Below the pieces are notes generated by a model. That model was not told the origin of the DNA, did not search any database, and saw nothing but the letters and a program-made list of their open reading frames with translations. From the NCBI GenBank assembly GCA_011192195.1, contig DUEH01000003.1:3734-67733 (forward strand): 64,000 nucleotides of DNA, given 5' to 3'. This document shows, one piece after another, positions 9,840-18,232 of the stretch; position 1 is the first letter of the stretch; every line of letters begins with the position of its first letter. Source of the stretch: Chloroflexota bacterium. Lineage in GTDB: Bacteria > Chloroflexota > Anaerolineae > 4572-78. The position numbers and the translations under genes are program-made.

Positions 9840-10547
9840 TTACTGCCTGTCTGTTTGGACTGAATATTTATAGCGATCGCCCCGGTTAAATATCTGATGA
9901 TATTCAATTGGAATATTCTGACCCGTATAAACGACGCCTTCAACCAGCAATAGGGGAAACCCCTGGTTAACCTGAAGCAGTTTCGCCTGATCTTCACCGG
10001 CGGCAATAGCTTGCAGGGTTTCTTCAGATCTCAATAGCGTAATCCCTTTCTTCTCCAGAATTGACCAGAGCGAGACTTCTTGCGTTAATTCGGTTGGGGT
10101 CAAGGAGAGATCAGGAGGCAGGTTGAGGTATGCCATTGATATACCGATAGGTTCATCGTCAACTAACCTCAGCCTTTCTACAATCCAGATCCAGGCGTTT
10201 TTTTCAGTCTTCAGAATAGAAGCGATATGCTCAACTGCCTGCTCGTGGCGCAGCGACAACAATTTTGATCCCGGCAAATGCCCTTCGTCTACGGTGGCTG
10301 TAGAGAAACTCTTCATTTGAGTCATCGGGCGCTGCAACTTGGGGCGCGCCACAAAGGTGCCCTTCCCTTGCTGAGTAGTCAAATAGCCTTCTCTGACCAA
10401 CTCATCAATGGCGCGACGAACCGTAATGCGACTCACCTGAAATCGCTCCCCTATTTCACGTTCAGAGGGAATCAGATTGCCTTCCTGAAGTTGATCCACT
10501 TGAACCAGTTGTAGCAACACATCCTTGAGCTGTGAATAGAGCGGCAT
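9840..10547 (-). CDS. GntR/HutC-family transcriptional regulator (wHTH + UTRA)
   Basis: 'MPLYSQLKDVLL...SEREIGERFQVSRITVRRAIDELVREGYL' followed by a UTRA-like C-terminal domain. The start is uncertain; the ORF is open to a GTG at 10619. Confidence 0.85.
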   Translation of the reverse strand: MPLYSQLKDVLLQLVQVDQLQEGNLIPSEREIGERFQVSRITVRRAIDELVREGYLTTQQGKGTFVARPKLQRPMTQMKSFSTATVDEGHLPGSKLLSLRHEQAVEHIASILKTEKNAWIWIVERLRLVDDEPIGISMAYLNLPPDLSLTPTELTQEVSLWSILEKKGITLLRSEETLQAIAAGEDQAKLLQVNQGFPLLLVEGVVYTGQNIPIEYHQIFNRGDRYKYSVQTDRQ

Positions 10548-10654
10548 TGGCGAATCTCTATCAACGCTTGCCCATATCGTACCAGTTGAGAAAACCATAT
10601 TTTCAGTCTGCCGAAACACTAATTGCTTGCGTAGCGCAACGCCAATAATTATAA

Positions 10655-10664
10655 TGTTATAACA
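10655..10664. promoter_or_regulatory. Candidate operator palindrome TGTTATAACA in the gntR/LysM-protein divergent region
   Basis: Perfect 10-bp palindrome in an AT-rich divergent spacer. Confidence 0.25.
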
Positions 10665-10717
10665 AGTTTATCATAACACACAATAGCTGTTGTGTCAATG
10701 CCAATTATCCAAATATA

Positions 10718-10746
10718 TTGCCTGAAAATGACATTCGGTGTAGTAT
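10718..10746 (+). promoter_or_regulatory. Sigma-70-like promoter (TTGCCT-17-TAGTAT)
   Basis: -35 at 10718-10723, 17-nt spacer, -10 at 10741-10746. It is followed by RBS aaggaga (10764-10770) and the TTG start at 10777. Confidence 0.4.
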
Positions 10747-10776
10747 GAGTGGCAAGCATTTTTAAGGAGAAGTCTT

Positions 10777-11922
10777 TTGCACCAGTGTATAAATTGCGGC
10801 GCAACGCTCAAGGCGGGTCAAAATCGCTGCGATGTCTGCGGCGCGGAAACGCCCTATCATAAAACGCAGCGCGTCTGTATGAACTGCGGCGCGCCCGCCG
10901 CCCAAAACGTAAAAATCTGTATGATGTGCGAGCAGCCTATTGACGCGCTGCCCCGCCGAGCAAGCAGCTTTAGCGCATCCTGGCTTGGTATTCTCATTGG
11001 GCTGGCGGTGGTGGGTGGCATTGTCTACGGGTTCCTGCAACTTGAAGCGCCACAAGCGCTTGGCAGCGCATCATCATCGCCGCCGGCTACCGCCACTCCC
11101 TTCTTTATTCCACCCACCGATACGCCTACGCCCACCGTCACCCCCACGCTGCCGCCAACGCCAACGCTATCGCCAACGCCAACGCCCACCCCCAAGCCAC
11201 TCATTCACAGCATAAAAACAGGCGAAACGCTCAATTTCATCGCCCGGAAGTATAACGTTTCGCTGGAAGATATTGAACAAGCCAACAACATTACTCAGGA
11301 TACCATTCTGCAAGTGGGGCAAGAGTTGGTCATCCCCTTTGCCACCGATATTGACACAAACGGTGAAAACAGCCGAGAGCATCCCATCATTCTCTACACC
11401 GTCAAGAGTGGCGACACCTTAAGCGGCATCGCTTTTGAATACGATACCAGCGTATCGGCTATCGAGGTTGCCAACCCCGGCCTTGATCTGGATATACTAT
11501 CGGTGGGGCAGGAAGTTCTTGTTCCGCTGCGCCCGCCTACCTTCACCCCTACGCCTACCATTACTCCCACGCCTACCTTCACGCCGCGCCCTCCCTTTCT
11601 GACGCCGGTTTTGCTGCACCCGCAGGACGACGCGCTAATAGAAGGAGATACCTCAAGCGTTCTGCTGAACTGGACAAGCAGCGGAACTCTGGACGAAGAT
11701 ACTTATTACGTTATCTACCTCAGCGATAACGCCGGGCGCTTCAAAACCTTTCCCACCCGCGCCACCAGCTATCGCCTGCCGCCGGAGCTTCGCCCTTCTC
11801 AATTGAGTACCTGTTCCTGGTACGTGGTAGTGATGAAGAAGATTGGCATTGATGCAGAGGATATTTTCTACGGCAAAGCGCTCAGCAATCCCAGCCAAAC
11901 GCGAACATTTCGCTGGCGATAA
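10777..11922 (+). CDS. Membrane-anchored surface protein: double zinc-ribbon, TM helix, P/T-rich linkers, 2x LysM, C-terminal beta-rich domain
   Basis: 'CINCGATL...CDVCG' and 'CMNCGAP...CMMCEQP'. TM segment 'WLGILIGLAVVGGIVYGF'. LysM repeats 'HSIKTGETLNFIARKYNV...VGQELVIP' and 'YTVKSGDTLSGIAFEYDT...VGQEVLVP'. Confidence 0.8.
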   Translation: MHQCINCGATLKAGQNRCDVCGAETPYHKTQRVCMNCGAPAAQNVKICMMCEQPIDALPRRASSFSASWLGILIGLAVVGGIVYGFLQLEAPQALGSASSSPPATATPFFIPPTDTPTPTVTPTLPPTPTLSPTPTPTPKPLIHSIKTGETLNFIARKYNVSLEDIEQANNITQDTILQVGQELVIPFATDIDTNGENSREHPIILYTVKSGDTLSGIAFEYDTSVSAIEVANPGLDLDILSVGQEVLVPLRPPTFTPTPTITPTPTFTPRPPFLTPVLLHPQDDALIEGDTSSVLLNWTSSGTLDEDTYYVIYLSDNAGRFKTFPTRATSYRLPPELRPSQLSTCSWYVVVMKKIGIDAEDIFYGKALSNPSQTRTFRWR

Positions 11923-12000
11923 GTTTTACATCCCATAGTTACAAATTCCTAGTGAATATCCAGCAGTATGTGATATGATATAAGTAGCTTGATTTACGAT

Positions 12001-12196
12001 CTCACTACCGTATACCCTCTGGATTTGACAGCAGTTTCAGCTCCCGGGACCGCCGACCATTGACCGTTGACCGCCGAAATTCATCAAAATCGCGCTTTTA
12101 CGACGGTCAGCGGTCTGCCGTCGGCGGTCATATCGGGTGCAAATGGATTTCTGAAGAAAACAATTCTGTCAAATTTAAAGGGTATACGGTAGTGAG
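12001..12196. repeat. 196-nt nested palindrome with perfect 18-bp termini and (GACCGYY)n inner arms
   Basis: ctcactaccgtataccct (12001-12018) is the exact reverse complement of agggtatacggtagtgag (12179-12196). Inner arms are 12048-12077 and 12101-12129. Confidence 0.9.
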
Positions 12197-12308
12197 AATA
12201 GAAACCAGGTTTTTTAAAAAACTGGTTTCCGACTTACAATATCGGGGGTGAAAGCCTCGAAAATGATGGACGTCAAAACAATTATACCCCAAATCAGGAG
12301 AAAACATT

Positions 12309-12851
12309 ATGGAAGAATGGAATCAGGAAAGAGCCGAAAGGCGCGATCTGGAAACAATGCGACGCATTGCTCACGACGCTCTGGAATTCAAGGACGACGC
12401 CGGAGCCTTTGACCGCTATGCCATCGAACATAGCCTCACCGTGAATGAGATTGTCTATTACCTGAACGCTTATGAATACGGCAAAGAGGAAGGTCTACAA
12501 GCCATCCGCACGCCCGACATCATCCCTCCAGATACAGTCAGACAGGCCATCAAAACAATAGGCAAAATGCTGGATAGTCATTTTGAAGGTCGCCTGCCCT
12601 ACCGGCTAACAGATGAGGGGACGGCGATTGGCCTGCACGAAATTCGGCAGCGATGGCAAAGCGGCGAGAGTTTTTTGTTCCCGGTGGCTCAATTTCGTTT
12701 AACCGTCGCCAGCAATCACTGGCATCTGTATTGGATACGCAAATTCGATGCCTGGTGGCCCTATTCTCCGCCGGAAAGAGGACGCAAGTATACACTCAAG
12801 GCCAGGGCGCAACAGATATTAGAAGATGAACACGGTTGCTTTTGGGGATAA
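12309..12851 (+). CDS. Hypothetical protein (C-terminal 'WHLYWIRKFDAWWPY' motif, DUF3024-like by recollection)
   Basis: 180-aa ORF with RBS caggaga 8 nt upstream of the ATG. I cannot assign a function. Confidence 0.6.
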   Translation: MEEWNQERAERRDLETMRRIAHDALEFKDDAGAFDRYAIEHSLTVNEIVYYLNAYEYGKEEGLQAIRTPDIIPPDTVRQAIKTIGKMLDSHFEGRLPYRLTDEGTAIGLHEIRQRWQSGESFLFPVAQFRLTVASNHWHLYWIRKFDAWWPYSPPERGRKYTLKARAQQILEDEHGCFWG

Positions 12852-12944
12852 ATGCCAGGGAAATGATGGCTCGATGGAGTACAATGAGAATGAAATTTTG
12901 AGCCAAAATGTGGTATAATTCAAGTAAGCAGTAAGTCACTCGCT

Positions 12945-12984
12945 CCCAAACTGATCCTTCGGCTTCGCTCAGGACAAGGTTTGG
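12945..12984. repeat. CCCAAAC...GTTTGG interspersed element, copy 1 of 3
   Basis: Sequence is cccaaactgatccttcggcttcgctcaggacaaggtttgg. Near-identical copies lie at 48328-48380 and 51647-51707. Confidence 0.9.
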
Positions 12985-13045
12985 AAACGAGAATAATTTT
13001 TCACTTTCCATTTTTCATTCTTCACTGTTTTTCAGGAGGCCCCAA

Positions 13046-13498
13046 ATGATTAACAGAATACTGCTTCCACTGGATGGCTCGGAATTTGCGGAAAAAGTTT
13101 TGCCCTTTGCGCTGGAATTGGGGGCGAAATTAAACGCCGAAATCAAGTTGCTGTGGGTGCTGCATCCGCTGATAGTAATGTCGGATTACAGCGATACTTC
13201 TTACCGGGAACTGGTGGCGCAAGAAGAAATTGAGGCGAAAAAATACCTTGGAGCGCAGTGCGAGGACCTGGAAAAAGCGGGACTAACGGTGAACATCACC
13301 CTGCTGGAAGGGCGCGTTGCCGATGCCATTGTAGACATGGCCTGTCAGGAAGATGTAGACCTGATTATGATGAGTACGCACGGTCGCTCTGGCCCCAAAC
13401 GATGGATACACGGCAGCGTAGCTACTAAAGTATTACAGCAAGCGCCCTGTCCGGTTTTTTTGGTAGGCAAACAAAGCGATGAGTGTCAGGAAGCGTAG
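13046..13498 (+). CDS. Universal stress protein (UspA family)
   Basis: 150 aa with 'ILLPLDGSEFAE' and 'DLIMMSTHGRSGPKRWIHGSVATKVLQQAPCPVFLV'. Confidence 0.9.
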   Translation: MINRILLPLDGSEFAEKVLPFALELGAKLNAEIKLLWVLHPLIVMSDYSDTSYRELVAQEEIEAKKYLGAQCEDLEKAGLTVNITLLEGRVADAIVDMACQEDVDLIMMSTHGRSGPKRWIHGSVATKVLQQAPCPVFLVGKQSDECQEA

Positions 13499-13525
13499 CC
13501 CCTCTTTCAAAGGAATCAACCAGCA

Positions 13526-15286
13526 TTGAGCTACCAACACCCCTGTTCAAAAATAACCCCTTCCGCCGGGCTAACGCTGCCGGACTTGTTGCAGCGTAGT
13601 GTTGCTATAAAACCATGCGTATCGAGCAGTTTGCTGATTGGCGTGGGATTTTACGCATTGCTGCTTGGCGCAGCATATTTTGATGGCGTCCTGAAGGAAC
13701 TTTACCATGGGCCAGGCTGGCATAGTCTGATCTACCCCCTGATGACCGCCTATCTTCTCCTGCTTCCGCCCCTTATTCGCCGGCAACTTTGTAAGGCCGT
13801 GGAAGAATTTCAGCCGTTACTTCCCGTTCCGGAACGCGGCGAGCAGTTGTTCACTCAATCACTGGCTCTGCGCCGTCAGTATGAATGGCTAAGTTTTTTA
13901 ATGGGAATGACAGTTGGCATCTTTCTCCTGCGCCCGTGGGATTTCACTACGCCTCTGGTGGCTGTGTACGCTTTTTTGATTGGCGGGTTGAATTTTGGCT
14001 TGCTGGGATGGTTTGTTTACAGTGGATTGAATGCCACTCGATTTCTCACGGCGCTACACAGCCGTATCAGGGGATCGGATGTTCAGACTCGCGCCCTTTT
14101 TACGCTTTCGCGATGGAGCCTGACCATCGGTCTGGCTCTGGTGGGCGGCATCATTCTGGGAATTCTCTCCATTTCCGTACAAGAGAGATTCCTTAGCGTA
14201 GACCTTTTTACTTACGGCGGCTTGGTGGCAGTGGCGGCCTTTTTCTTTTTACAAGGGGCCAGTTCCACATCATCGCTAATCACGCAATTTCGTATCTTAA
14301 AAGCGGTAATCCTTTTGTTTATTGTGGCATTGCTGGGCACGGCAGGGTACTACTATCTGGAAGGGTGGGCGCTGTTGGATGGATTTTATATGACCATCAT
14401 CACCATGACCACCATCGGCTTTGGCGAAGTGGCTCCGCTTAGTAAAGCCGGTCGGTTATTTACTATTTTCTTATCCCTGACATCGGTGGGCATTGCCGGA
14501 TATTCTGTTTCGGCGGTGGCGGCCTTTATTGTTGAAGGTGATTTTCAAAAAATTATTCGTGGACGAAAAATGAGAAAAGAAATTGACAAACTGCGCGATC
14601 ACATCATCCTGTGCGGAACAGGGCGAGTTGGCTTGCAAACAGCCATAGAATTTCACAAAACCAACACTCCCTTTGTGGTGGTTGACCAGGATCAGGCGGC
14701 TATTGAAGAGATTTTACGCCTGGGGGAAATTCCCTACCTTGTGGGCGACGCCACCAAAGACGAAACGCTGCTCCTGGCCGGAATAGAACGCGCCAAAGGG
14801 GTAATAGTAGCGTTGTGCGACGACAAAGACAACGCCTTTGTTACGCTTAGCGCCCGCTCGCTCAACGCCAATTTACGCATTGTGGCCCGGCTGACCAACG
14901 AAGAGAATGCCGCCAAACTGCGCAAAGTAGGCGCCGATAATGTTGTCTCTACCAACGTTTTGGGGGGACTGCGACTGGCTTCGCTGATGATCCGCCCTTC
15001 GGTGGTGACGTTTTTAGACGAAATGTTACGCGTTACCGGGCAAACCTTGCGTATGGAAGAGGTGCTTTTACAAGAAGGCGATGGCTTGGTGGGAAGCTCG
15101 CTCATTGAAGCCGATATTGGGCGCAAGACCGGATTGTTGGTAGTTGCCATCAAAGGCCAGCGCGACAGCTACTATTTCAACCCCAGAGGCGCTACTAGCC
15201 TAAGCAGCGGCGACACCTTGATTGTTTTAGGCACAAGCGAACAAGTAGCCGCCTTGCGACAGATGGAGATGAAAAATAAAGGATGA
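13526..15286 (+). CDS. K+ channel family protein with an extended N-terminal membrane domain and TrkA-N/TrkA-C (RCK) domains
   Basis: Pore helix/filter 'YMTIITMTTIGFGEV'. Rossmann 'IILCGTGRVG'. C-terminal TrkA-C-like region. The start (TTG) is uncertain. Confidence 0.8.
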   Translation: MSYQHPCSKITPSAGLTLPDLLQRSVAIKPCVSSSLLIGVGFYALLLGAAYFDGVLKELYHGPGWHSLIYPLMTAYLLLLPPLIRRQLCKAVEEFQPLLPVPERGEQLFTQSLALRRQYEWLSFLMGMTVGIFLLRPWDFTTPLVAVYAFLIGGLNFGLLGWFVYSGLNATRFLTALHSRIRGSDVQTRALFTLSRWSLTIGLALVGGIILGILSISVQERFLSVDLFTYGGLVAVAAFFFLQGASSTSSLITQFRILKAVILLFIVALLGTAGYYYLEGWALLDGFYMTIITMTTIGFGEVAPLSKAGRLFTIFLSLTSVGIAGYSVSAVAAFIVEGDFQKIIRGRKMRKEIDKLRDHIILCGTGRVGLQTAIEFHKTNTPFVVVDQDQAAIEEILRLGEIPYLVGDATKDETLLLAGIERAKGVIVALCDDKDNAFVTLSARSLNANLRIVARLTNEENAAKLRKVGADNVVSTNVLGGLRLASLMIRPSVVTFLDEMLRVTGQTLRMEEVLLQEGDGLVGSSLIEADIGRKTGLLVVAIKGQRDSYYFNPRGATSLSSGDTLIVLGTSEQVAALRQMEMKNKG

Positions 15287-15371
15287 AGGCGGAAGAGCCT
15301 GCCCTGAGCTTGCCGAAGGGATGAAGGATGAAATTTGCACCCTTCGCCATTCTCTTATTCGCTATTCGCCA

Positions 15372-16268
15372 TTACCCTTCCGCCTTTATTTCCACCCCCG
15401 ACAAATTTTCCAGCGCTTTGACCAGGGCGTGATTGCCTTCACTGCCCAGACCGCGCTGTTGCAGGGTGCGGTAGAGGTTGAAGACGGCAGCCGTTCCCAG
15501 CAGGGGAACGCCCAGTTCATCGGCGGCTTTCAGCGCCAGACGCACATCTTTCTGTTGCAGATCAATGCTAAAACCGGGACGCCAGTCTCTATTGATCACC
15601 TGCGGGCCGCGATTACTGAGCATCCAGCTTCCGGCGGCGCCCTGCGATACTGCATCGAGCGTTTTTTGCAAGTCCAACCCGCCCGCCTGAGCAAAGAGCA
15701 GGGCTTCGCTTATTGCCAGCATTGTCCCCACTACCAAAATTTGATTCACCAACTTCACCGTTTGCCCCGCGCCCGTCCCGCCAACGTGGGTGATGGTTTT
15801 TCCCATCGCCCGAAAAGCGGGCATAGCGCGTTCTACCTGCGCCGCATCGCCGCCGACCATGATGCTCAAGGTTCCTTTGGCCGCGCCTTCGCTGCCGCCG
15901 CTGATGGGCGCGTCAAGCATTGCCACGCCGGTTTGGGCCAATTGGTCGGCAATTTTCTGGGTGACTTGCGGGCTGATGGTACTCATATCGATCACCAGAG
16001 ATCCGGCCTTTGCGCCGTGAATGACGCCGTTTTCGCCCAAAATTACCGCCTCCACATCCGGCGTATCGCTGACGCAGATGATGATGATGTCGCTTTTGGC
16101 CGCCACATCCGCCGGACTCTCGCCCGCGCTGGCTCCCGCCGCTGCCAACGCTTCCATTTGGCTGGCTGTGCGATTCCACACGCAAACTTCAAGTCCCGCT
16201 TTCAGCAAATTGGCGCTCATTCCGCGCCCCATAATGCCCAATCCAATAAAGCCAATTTTTTCTTGCAT
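15372..16268 (-). CDS. NAD(P)-dependent beta-hydroxyacid dehydrogenase (3-hydroxyisobutyrate / tartronate-semialdehyde reductase family)
   Basis: 'KIGFIGLGIMGRGMSANL' Rossmann motif plus the family's C-terminal domain. Start chosen at 'MQEKIGF' with RBS agggaga; the longer ORF to 16325 reads into the palindrome. Confidence 0.85.
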   Translation of the reverse strand: MQEKIGFIGLGIMGRGMSANLLKAGLEVCVWNRTASQMEALAAAGASAGESPADVAAKSDIIIICVSDTPDVEAVILGENGVIHGAKAGSLVIDMSTISPQVTQKIADQLAQTGVAMLDAPISGGSEGAAKGTLSIMVGGDAAQVERAMPAFRAMGKTITHVGGTGAGQTVKLVNQILVVGTMLAISEALLFAQAGGLDLQKTLDAVSQGAAGSWMLSNRGPQVINRDWRPGFSIDLQQKDVRLALKAADELGVPLLGTAAVFNLYRTLQQRGLGSEGNHALVKALENLSGVEIKAEG

Positions 16269-16283
16269 AAGTTGTTTCTCCCT

Positions 16284-16337
16284 TGAAAATAGCTTGTAGA
16301 GGAGTGTCAAACTATAGTTTGACACTCCGTATTTTCA
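16284..16337 (-). repeat. Clamped leader hairpin: TGAAAAT - perfect 28-bp palindrome - ATTTTCA, directly 5' of the SD
   Basis: On the coding strand, tgaaaat (16337-16331) and attttca (16290-16284) are exact complements. They enclose ggagtgtcaaactatagtttgacactcc (16301-16328). The SD gggaga and the ATG at 16268 follow. Confidence 0.8.
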
Positions 16338-16363
16338 TCCGCTGTGGTGCGCCGCAGGCTCAT
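16307..16363 (-). other. Candidate 18-codon upstream ORF (MSLRRTTADENTECQTIV)
   Basis: SD-like gaggag lies 7 nt before the ATG (16363). The first 11 codons are conserved with a second copy at 41616. It may only be part of a repeat. Confidence 0.25.
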
Positions 16364-16377
16364 AATAACTCCTCTTG

Positions 16378-16458
16378 CAAATGGGTTTGTAGTCAGGTAC
16401 GCAACGCAGTGAAGTACCATAAAACGCCACTCCACTACGTTACGTGGCTAACTACGAG
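16378..16458. repeat. ~80-bp interspersed palindromic element, copy A (inverted relative to copy B at 27299-27374)
   Basis: The reverse complement ctcgtagttagccacg...cgtacctgactacaaacccatttg aligns at roughly 80% with 27299-27374. Confidence 0.85.
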
Positions 16459-16462
16459 CTAA

Positions 16463-16936
16463 TTACACCCTGCGTACCGTCCCGGCGTCGCCGTCTACTA
16501 ACAGGATCATTCCCGTCTTGAATTGTTGAACGGGAACGCTGTCTACGCAGGGAATTTCGGAAATGATACAACCAACGGCGGTAATGGGTTCACATTCGGC
16601 GTTGATAATGGCTGCTGGCGCCGCGCCGCCCAGTTTCAGGCGGTACAGCGTGTACGATCCTACCGTTGACCCCTTGCCGCTGGGAAAGACCAGCGCTTTT
16701 CCGGCAATAGATTGCCCTTCCAGTTCGTGGTCTTTTTCTAGCACCACGCCGCTTTCCGGGTCTACCCCGCCAAAAAAAGAGATGCCCATCGATGTGACCA
16801 GCGCTTCGGCTTGCGCCTGTCCCCCGTAAATTTTGCGTCCCTGATAAACCTGAGCGCCGAGCGCTGACCGCCGAGCGCCAATCCCTGACGATACCGTCGT
16901 TTCTTTTACAATCATTTTGAATTTTTCACTTTGCAT
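16463..16936 (-). CDS. Aconitase X swivel-domain subunit (DUF126)
   Basis: 'GGQAQAEALVTSMGISFFGGVDPESGVV...GKALVFPSGKGSTVGS...GAAPAAII'. About 25 N-terminal residues are encoded by heptamer-like repeats (16852-16879, 16905-16945), so the start is uncertain. Confidence 0.75.
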   Translation of the reverse strand: MQSEKFKMIVKETTVSSGIGARRSALGAQVYQGRKIYGGQAQAEALVTSMGISFFGGVDPESGVVLEKDHELEGQSIAGKALVFPSGKGSTVGSYTLYRLKLGGAAPAAIINAECEPITAVGCIISEIPCVDSVPVQQFKTGMILLVDGDAGTVRRV

Positions 16937-16942
16937 TTTGCA

Positions 16943-18142
16943 TTACCTTGTCGCCTCTGCAACCACATCGTCAAAAGGTTTTAGCGCGGTTTTGAAGTTG
17001 TTTTTGGCAAAAGCGTAGTAACAAGCTTTTGCGCTGTCTGTTACCATTGTGTCAAAGCGGCCTTTGATGGGCGCAACCACGCAGCAAGTATCGGCGGCAA
17101 TTTTTGCGCCGCTGGCTTCAATGGTGGCCGTGTAGCCCATCATATCCGCAATTTGCTTCACCGGGCGGGCGGTGGTAATCCAAAATTCTTTGGTCACCTT
17201 CTTGCCCTCCAGCAGTTCGGCAATGCGGGCTACTTCCTTGATGCTTAAGTGCGGGCAGCCCAGACTTACAAAGTCGGCGGCTTCGGACGCTTCCATATTC
17301 ATCGAGGCGATAGCCGCGTTGATTTCTGCCTGAGTCACCACGATGGTCTCTGTTGGCGGCGAAAATTGCGCCGCTTCCGGCGTAATGCCCTCCATGTGGA
17401 ACAGGGCCACGCCGCCATAGGTGGCAATGCTGGCGCAAAAGGATTTTAGATTTTCCACCGATGCTTCCGGCACGCCGTGAATGTAGGGCGCAATTTTCTT
17501 GCCCCCCGCTTCCAGCTTTTGCCCGATGGCTTTGCCCAGCGCGCCAAAGACGTTGTTTTCCGGCAGCTTTCCCTGCACTTTAATGGTCACGGCGGGACGA
17601 CGATTTTCAGTCAGGTGAAAGCCGTAAGCGGGCGTAACGCCGGTCAGCGATGCGGCCAATGCGCTGGGGCCGCCCTCTCTATTAGTGCGCGCCCCAATCA
17701 CCGAATTGGCGTAGCAGACCGCGCTGCTTTCCGCCCAGGCAATATGCTCACCGTAGTGGGGCGTGTTGCCAATGAGGTAAGGCGTGCAGGTGGCGGTAGC
17801 AATAACCTTCATTTGGGCAAAGGCATCCAGTACGCGCTGCTGGTTTTTGGCAAATTCCGGGCTAATGCCCAACGCCTGCCAGTTTTCAATATCCATTCCC
17901 GCCGGATTTAGCGTGGTCAGCACGCGCGCTCTGCCGCCGCCTTCTGCCATTTGCTGCAAAAAATGCAGCCCGGCCTCGCCCAAATTGTCGTAGCTCACCC
18001 CGGCAATCTGCACCGACGTTGCCGGAACCATTCTCTCCGCGCCGTAGATGCGTCCCAGGGTTGTTAAAATTTCCATTGCTTTCTGCGTCGCCGGACCTTC
18101 CCGTCCGTTGAGCATATCCTGTTCTTTTTGATTTAGTTTCAT
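16943..18142 (-). CDS. Aconitase X catalytic subunit (DUF521)
   Basis: 399 aa. 'LNQKEQDMLNGREGPATQKAMEIL' and 'VSYDNLGEAGLHFL' are typical of the AcnX large subunit. It sits adjacent to the DUF126 partner. Confidence 0.8.
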   Translation of the reverse strand: MKLNQKEQDMLNGREGPATQKAMEILTTLGRIYGAERMVPATSVQIAGVSYDNLGEAGLHFLQQMAEGGGRARVLTTLNPAGMDIENWQALGISPEFAKNQQRVLDAFAQMKVIATATCTPYLIGNTPHYGEHIAWAESSAVCYANSVIGARTNREGGPSALAASLTGVTPAYGFHLTENRRPAVTIKVQGKLPENNVFGALGKAIGQKLEAGGKKIAPYIHGVPEASVENLKSFCASIATYGGVALFHMEGITPEAAQFSPPTETIVVTQAEINAAIASMNMEASEAADFVSLGCPHLSIKEVARIAELLEGKKVTKEFWITTARPVKQIADMMGYTATIEASGAKIAADTCCVVAPIKGRFDTMVTDSAKACYYAFAKNNFKTALKPFDDVVAEATR

Positions 18143-18232
18143 AGGTTACTCCTTGTAAGTCTCTCCCCATTACCCGGTGTGCCGGCGTGAATTCATCCAG
18201 CGCCAAAACCAGGCGCTTTGACCGAGTAGTGC

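Noticed and set aside
10762-11055. 97-aa minus-strand ORF overlapping the start of the LysM/zinc-ribbon gene
   Set aside because: It is antisense to a CDS with clear zinc-ribbon and TM features and has no RBS. It is likely spurious.
11070-11620. Pro/Thr-rich low-complexity DNA in the LysM protein gene as a non-coding repeat
   Set aside because: It is in frame within a well-supported CDS and encodes typical PT linkers flanking the LysM domains.
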